64,000 bases of DNA, taken from Macrostomum lignano. Taxonomy: Eukaryota. Positions within the stretch are counted from its first letter, which is position 1. Every line of letters begins with the position of its first letter. Positions 58,326 to 64,000 of the stretch are shown piece after piece. The stretch is taken from assembly GCA_002269645.1 (NCBI GenBank), contig NIVC01003670.1, positions 1 to 64,000 on the forward strand, read 5' to 3'. The notes beneath the pieces were generated by a model. That model made no database searches. It had not been told where the DNA came from and saw only the letters and a program-made list of their open reading frames with translations. The position numbers and the translations under genes are program-made.

Positions 58326-59104
58326 CACGGCACACACCCACTGGGAAGCAAGCTGTCGAAACGACGTCAGTTTTCCACGTCGATTCGACGGATGCAAATG
58401 TTGCGGTGCAATGACGTTGTTTCGAGGTGGGTGGTACACCTTCATTTCGACGTGGATGCTGTGTCGTTTTGCCTTCGTTCTGCGACGTCGATTCGACGTT
58501 GCTTTAGATTATTCATTACACGTATATGTACACACATGTACAATCGATTTGAATAGTATCATTGCACCCACAAGGAAAATAACGAATGCAAGACAGGAAG
58601 TCCCAGACAGAGTTCATATGCATGTGCAACATGCACGGCAACAGTTTGAGGAAATCATTGACCACAAGTATAATTGCTAGGACCGTGACGAAACAAATAT
58701 ATGAGCATATGTGCATTATATGTACATGTATTTGACACTCACACGATCACGTATTGTATTAATTTGCTCAGGTGACATGTAAAAATCAACTAAAATATAG
58801 TAATAATACTTTACGAGTATAAAATTGAATAGGAATGTAAAGGATCAGCGAGTCCACAAACACCAACAGACTGCTCACGCAACAAATTGACACTTTGAAG
58901 ACAGTTACAATAATAGGCTCGTAAAGAAAATATCATTGCCTTATCAATTTCGGCGCAACTGTGATTACACACAACAGGCTATGTACAGAATCTACAGATG
59001 TGTTTGTGATTCATTCACTACCAGATACACGCATATGCTACTGCCCATGCAGCTGACTGACAATAACATGATGAGCGAATTAAACTCGAGATGGAGATTA
59101 CAAA

Positions 59105-60705
59105 TTATTGCAAAACGGAATTCGCAAATGGAACCACATAGTAATCGCTGGCACCACGAGGTATTAATATACACTTTCGCTCAGGCTCAACAGAGCTCAC
59201 TGTATGCAATGCAAGTTTGTAGGTACCAATGCCCAAAACACCAGATTTGTATGGGTGCTCATAGAGATCTTTGCAGAAGTGTAGAATTTTCCCACAGACA
59301 AGGATGAATTCATCAGCAAGAGAAACCGAGCTTATTAAAACAACACGACCGTCCTTCGTCACACAGCAGTTATCGGGAGACTTTAGGGAGTAAAAAGGAA
59401 GCACAGCGATAGAGGAATGACAGAAAACGTCGCGAATGATTGACATGGTATTCAGAGTAGCTCGTATGTTGAAAAACTTTTCGGGTGGAGCGAAGACGAC
59501 GCTTTAGGATACCATTGTAGTTTTCAAAGGCAAATGCAGACCATTCATCCAAGGGCCCATGAACTTAGACAAAATACGCTATATGCTGCAGATGTGTATT
59601 ATAGGATTGAAGCTTGTTTTCATACAGTACTTCGGCACGCTGACAAAAAAGGTCCAAGCAGCTGGCTGCGTGGTCAAAGTAAGTAGTACAATAGTCACGC
59701 GAAGAGTAACAGTAAATGGAAAAGTGCAGTTGCATCAGATGGTCAAAAAACGCATTTGAAAGGCATGTACGAAATATTATTGGAGAGAGATATGCAATCA
59801 AGGTACGAAATTCAGAGGCCTTGTAGTTTTCAAATTCGTCCAGTGGGCGAAGCTTACAATGAAATTCGCGAGGAAGGAATTTCGCTACAGCTTTAATAAG
59901 CGATGAGACTTGCATTCGTTGGGCAGGAGGAATATGGCACGGCAAACGTACGCCCTTTACACGCGAAAAGAAATATGTACACATACGCTTAACAACGCCA
60001 AGACAAACAGAGTGCATGTAATCAGGTGGAATGTCGCATTCAAAGTTGACAAGCCCCAGGAGAGGAGAACGAGAAACCTGATTGTTTTCTCTACATGCCT
60101 TATATGCAATGTCAGTCCGTGGCTCACATCTCTGAAACGGGAAACACATCCTTCCGGATAAAAATCTCCCTTCAATCTTACAGTACGCACAAGCAAGCTT
60201 GGCAGAATGAGAAAGAATGCACTACAAAAACGATCTTGCAGGATCATCGGCAACAATCACACAGCGTGTCACTTTAAAAAAACTGATCGCCTATGGCAAC
60301 AAAACCGCTTGACAGGTGGCTCAGCTCCTGGACGAAGGAGGATAGAAACGTATCGAGAGGCAGCTTTCCTGTGCCACAAAATACTGCGAAAGGGAGAGTA
60401 ATTGGGTATTGGCAGCTGGTAATAGTGAGCAAAATGGGCCAAAGTCCAAGCTTAGACGCGTTAAAAAGTGGAACACCATCAACATTGACAGTTATTTGTA
60501 AATTATTATACAAATCCTTCAGGGTCAGCATACCTTGCTGCACACAAAATAGGATGTTCTCAAAGATACCACAGTACGCAAATTGGCCGTTGCTTACAGT
60601 CATAGTATTGAAGACAGCTCTGTGTCTGCAATTTTTCCTCAGTGTCTAGACAGAACGGGGCACCGCATATCCACGCTTTGCCCAAATTGCCAGACAGAAC
60701 TCCAT
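59105..60705 (-). pseudogene. EnSpm/CMC-type transposase pseudogene
   Basis: Motifs NVDGVPLF..LWPI, AD.PARSFL, DYMHSVCLGV, KASEFR, SYN.H and GPL..WSAFAFEN. In-frame stops near 60647, 60233 and 59566, plus frameshifts near 60275 and ~59420. Confidence 0.85.
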
Positions 60706-61457
60706 GGCCCTCTTGTTGATCGAAAAATGGATCATCAAAAACAGTAGATTGTTAGATGCATATTAGGTTTAGCATTGCATTTCCAATATCAATTCCTTCC
60801 TATATACTAATCTTAACTACTATAAACTTAATATACATTTGTTTAATCTATAATATATAATATATATTAAGTAACAAAATAATATAACTCAATCAACTAA
60901 ACACATTTTATATTATTGACTATATATGGTATAGCTAAATTGCATTGGATATATTATCAATATATCAACATTTTACAAGTTACTTATAGTCAAATGAGTA
61001 TCCAAGGTACATTTTAATTAAGTTAGATTTTTTCTATTGCAAAAAATACACTATGTGGCTAATATGGATAAATTTAAAATTTAATATAGTAGCCTTTTAC
61101 ACTAACTTTTTGGCTATAGGCATATTAACTAAGAAAACAAGATGGATATAATTTGACAGTTATACAAATTTAGATGTCAAAATAATTAAACAATTAGAAA
61201 TTACAATTGCCCAATCTATTTTTTAATCTATCTCAAACTCAAGATATTATCTATCTTCTTTTTTTCTATATACTAAAATTAATCTTTTATGCATACTAAA
61301 AATATAAACTCAAATTCAACCTATTTAAAACTAACTTCTTATCTTAAACTATTTTCTAAATACTATTTTCTAATGATAATATGCTATAATAGGTAGGCTT
61401 ACATAGGCCTTAGCCAATTTCTATCAAGAAAAAAACAATTTATGTATATAGCTTTAG

Positions 61458-62271
61458 GGACTTCTTGAACTTTAGGTAAATAAAATTGTTTTAGTTTTAA
61501 TATGATCATAACTTTGTCTCTATAAGGGTTTTGATAGTGCTGATTTCAAATTTGAGCTTCATTTTTTGTAGCTTAAAGCCAACCATCAGAGCATGGGCAA
61601 TGGGGGGCTTTAGGGTGGGGAGAAACTTCATGGGTTTGATTTTATCTTATCTACCTAAACTTCAATAGAGGCATAGGGTTATAAAACACCTCCATGGAGA
61701 AAAAATTATAATCTTATCAATCTAATTGATATCAGCAGCTATTATCACCTTTTAGAATAGAGATGACAATGCAAATTAGTAGAAATTAGGTATAGGTAAA
61801 CAAGTAAGAATGTATAGCTAGTTACAACCATGAAAGAATGACAGCAAATCTTTTTTGCTTTGGTGAGGGTGGTGGCAAACTGTGAATGAGCATTTTAAAA
61901 ACACTAATTTGATGTGGCACTCTCACTGCTCTATAACAAACTGAGTGAAGAAAAATTAGAAAAGATACTCTTTTATTGGAATTAAAAATCTAACCCTCTA
62001 AATAATTTAGAATGAACTCATTAAACTGTTAAAAATATTTACCTTTAAAAGTCATGATTCTAAAAAAGTTTAATTTTCAAACATACAATTCTCAAAAACT
62101 AAAATACAATATTAACAAATTGAGCTCCTGTTAACTTTGAAGATATTTTTTGTAGTTTTTTTGCTTTAAATGCCTTTATTATCATTTTGGATAACCTCTA
62201 AGATTCTGGCAAAAGTTTTAGAAAAATAGGAAAATTGGAAGTATTTTATATACCTAAAGTTCAAGAAGTCC
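61458..62271. mobile_element. MITE (814 bp) inserted in the EnSpm element; GG termini with 8-bp TSD (Merlin- or MULE-like)
   Basis: 29-bp TIR GGACTTCTTGAACTTTAGGTA(A/T)ATAAAAT with 1 mismatch. Perfect TSD AGCTTTAG (61450..61457, 62272..62279). Confidence 0.85.
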
Positions 62272-63884
62272 AGCTTTAGTCTAATAAGTCTAAAGGACTA
62301 ATATAAAAAGTCTAACACTATGGCTTACCTGGGATGCATTGCATAGCATTGATTAGGCTTTGTAAATAAGCATGGCTTAATTAAGCTTAAACTCTAGGAC
62401 TAATACTTTGTAAAAAGAAATCCCTATTGCAACCAAGGTCTAGACTATGCCAAATGCCCTTTTCCCCTTACAATGGTGCTGCATATCCAATGCCAATAAA
62501 TGATCTACCCTAGATGCTATCTACAAAAATAGCCATGGCATTGGCTGCAATACTTAGGAAAAGAAATGAATAGTCAATAGATAGATTTTTCTACAATAGG
62601 CCTACAGCCTAAAAATGGGTATTATTAAATAATATGAATAAGATTAAACATAGCTAAGATATATAAAATATTTTTGAAGTAATGCTTCAAGAAGAAATTT
62701 TTTGAAGAATATTTAATATTGATGCAAGTTCAATTTTCATGAATGTAGAGGCTAGATTAAAGCCACACCCACAGGCTCTTATTTAGTTATAATCATATAT
62801 TTTATATTTGACTTAGAGCACCAAAACAAAAATTGTGTTATTTGCATATTATATTTAGGCCTACAAATGCTAGACCAATTAGTTATCTTAACAATAACAA
62901 ATACAAAGACTGGAAAAGAATTCAATAATTATGTGAGGCTGCCAGTGTTAGGTCCAATGCAATAAACATGCACAACCAATACCATAGCCCATAGGCCCTA
63001 TTATATAATTGCTATTCTTTCTATCCAGTAAGCAGATTAGCTATTATATTAGGCCTAGCCTATTTATTAAGGTTATCAGATGTGGTTTTCAATCCAAAGT
63101 GAGCATGCTTCACTTCACCATGTTTAAAAACCCTTAGTATTCTAAGCATTGTTAGTATTCATGGATCTCATAGAAGTGACTTGATAAGTTGACATACAGT
63201 AATGAATCTATCTAGAATATAACACTTCATTATATTTTTATATTATATATATATATATATATACAAATAATACAATTTATTCTATTCTATACCTATTCTA
63301 AGACCAGGAAGTATACAATAACAATACTATTTATCTTCTAGTGGCAATAACAAGGCAATAGGAAAATTAATGAATAGCTCTTTGCCTCTTTAGGACTAAC
63401 AGGGCACCATGTAGCTATCAAGAATGTCGATAAAGGGATAATTTTTTAATTTGTTTCTCCGCAGTTTATATTTTTCAGATCTCCCAAAATGATAAACATT
63501 AAACAAAACAAATAGTCAAATGACTCGCGCAAACACAATAGCAAACAATATTCAATCCACATGAACATTTTTTCTATTAATTTAACCACTTTAATATCCT
63601 GATACCGAGCTCAAACTACTGCACTTAGAATTACAAAAATGTAACCATCGAATTGATGGTGAATCAGCTCTAGAAGTGCGACGTTGAAAAAAATCATCAT
63701 ATCGTCATGCCTCTAAATTCATTTCTACACCTCCATTGAACACAGGAACCATTTTTATTATGTATTTTATCTCTCCTGATGGCATACAACTCGATTTGCT
63801 CCCACGACATGGATTCGCCATGACACTGTCGATTCGACTTCGAAACAATGGATACCTTCCCAGTGGGCAGTCCCATGTGATAAG

Positions 63885-64000
63885 TGCAATCAAGTGCAGT
63901 AATCCTTGGTTTAGGCCTATCAAGTGCAGTAATCCTTGGCTTAGGGCCTATCAAGTGCAATAATCCTTGGTTTATCAATTGTAGTAGTCCTTGGTTTTTC
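63885..64000. repeat. ~30-bp tandem repeat (ATCAAGTGCAGTAATCCTTGGTTTAGGCCT), 3-4 copies, running to the window edge
   Basis: Read directly. Confidence 0.85.

Larger units (their letters stand above)
58337..63867 (-). mobile_element. Full-length EnSpm/CMC-type DNA transposon (5531 bp), decayed
   Basis: 12-bp TIR CCCACTGGGAAG at both ends, GTCGATTCGAC subterminal motif at both ends, CA dinucleotide on both flanks, and a transposase remnant inside. Confidence 0.8.

Overview
This is eukaryotic (invertebrate-type) DNA with spliceosomal introns. The gene content and satellite-filled introns resemble a flatworm such as Macrostomum, which is an inference only. The left 47.5 kb is gene-rich. It holds a minus-strand gene whose 240-nt exon is repeated at least 9 times in a 655-bp tandem array, an ncs-2-like calcium sensor (3 coding exons), an Ig-TM-PPxY membrane protein, a secreted C-type-lectin/PAN protein, a 5'-truncated Ty3/Gypsy element with its 3' LTR, a 14-exon 1297-aa aldehyde-oxidase-type molybdoflavoenzyme and an SFT2D2-like gene. 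Almost every large intron is filled by its own mini- or microsatellite. The right 16 kb is mostly transposons: tRNA-derived SINEs, several TSD-flanked MITEs, a four-level nest containing an intact FLYWCH-MULE (Phantom-type) foldback element, and a full-length decayed EnSpm/CMC element. Gene models and TSDs were read by hand, so repeat boundaries are approximate. No database searches were run.
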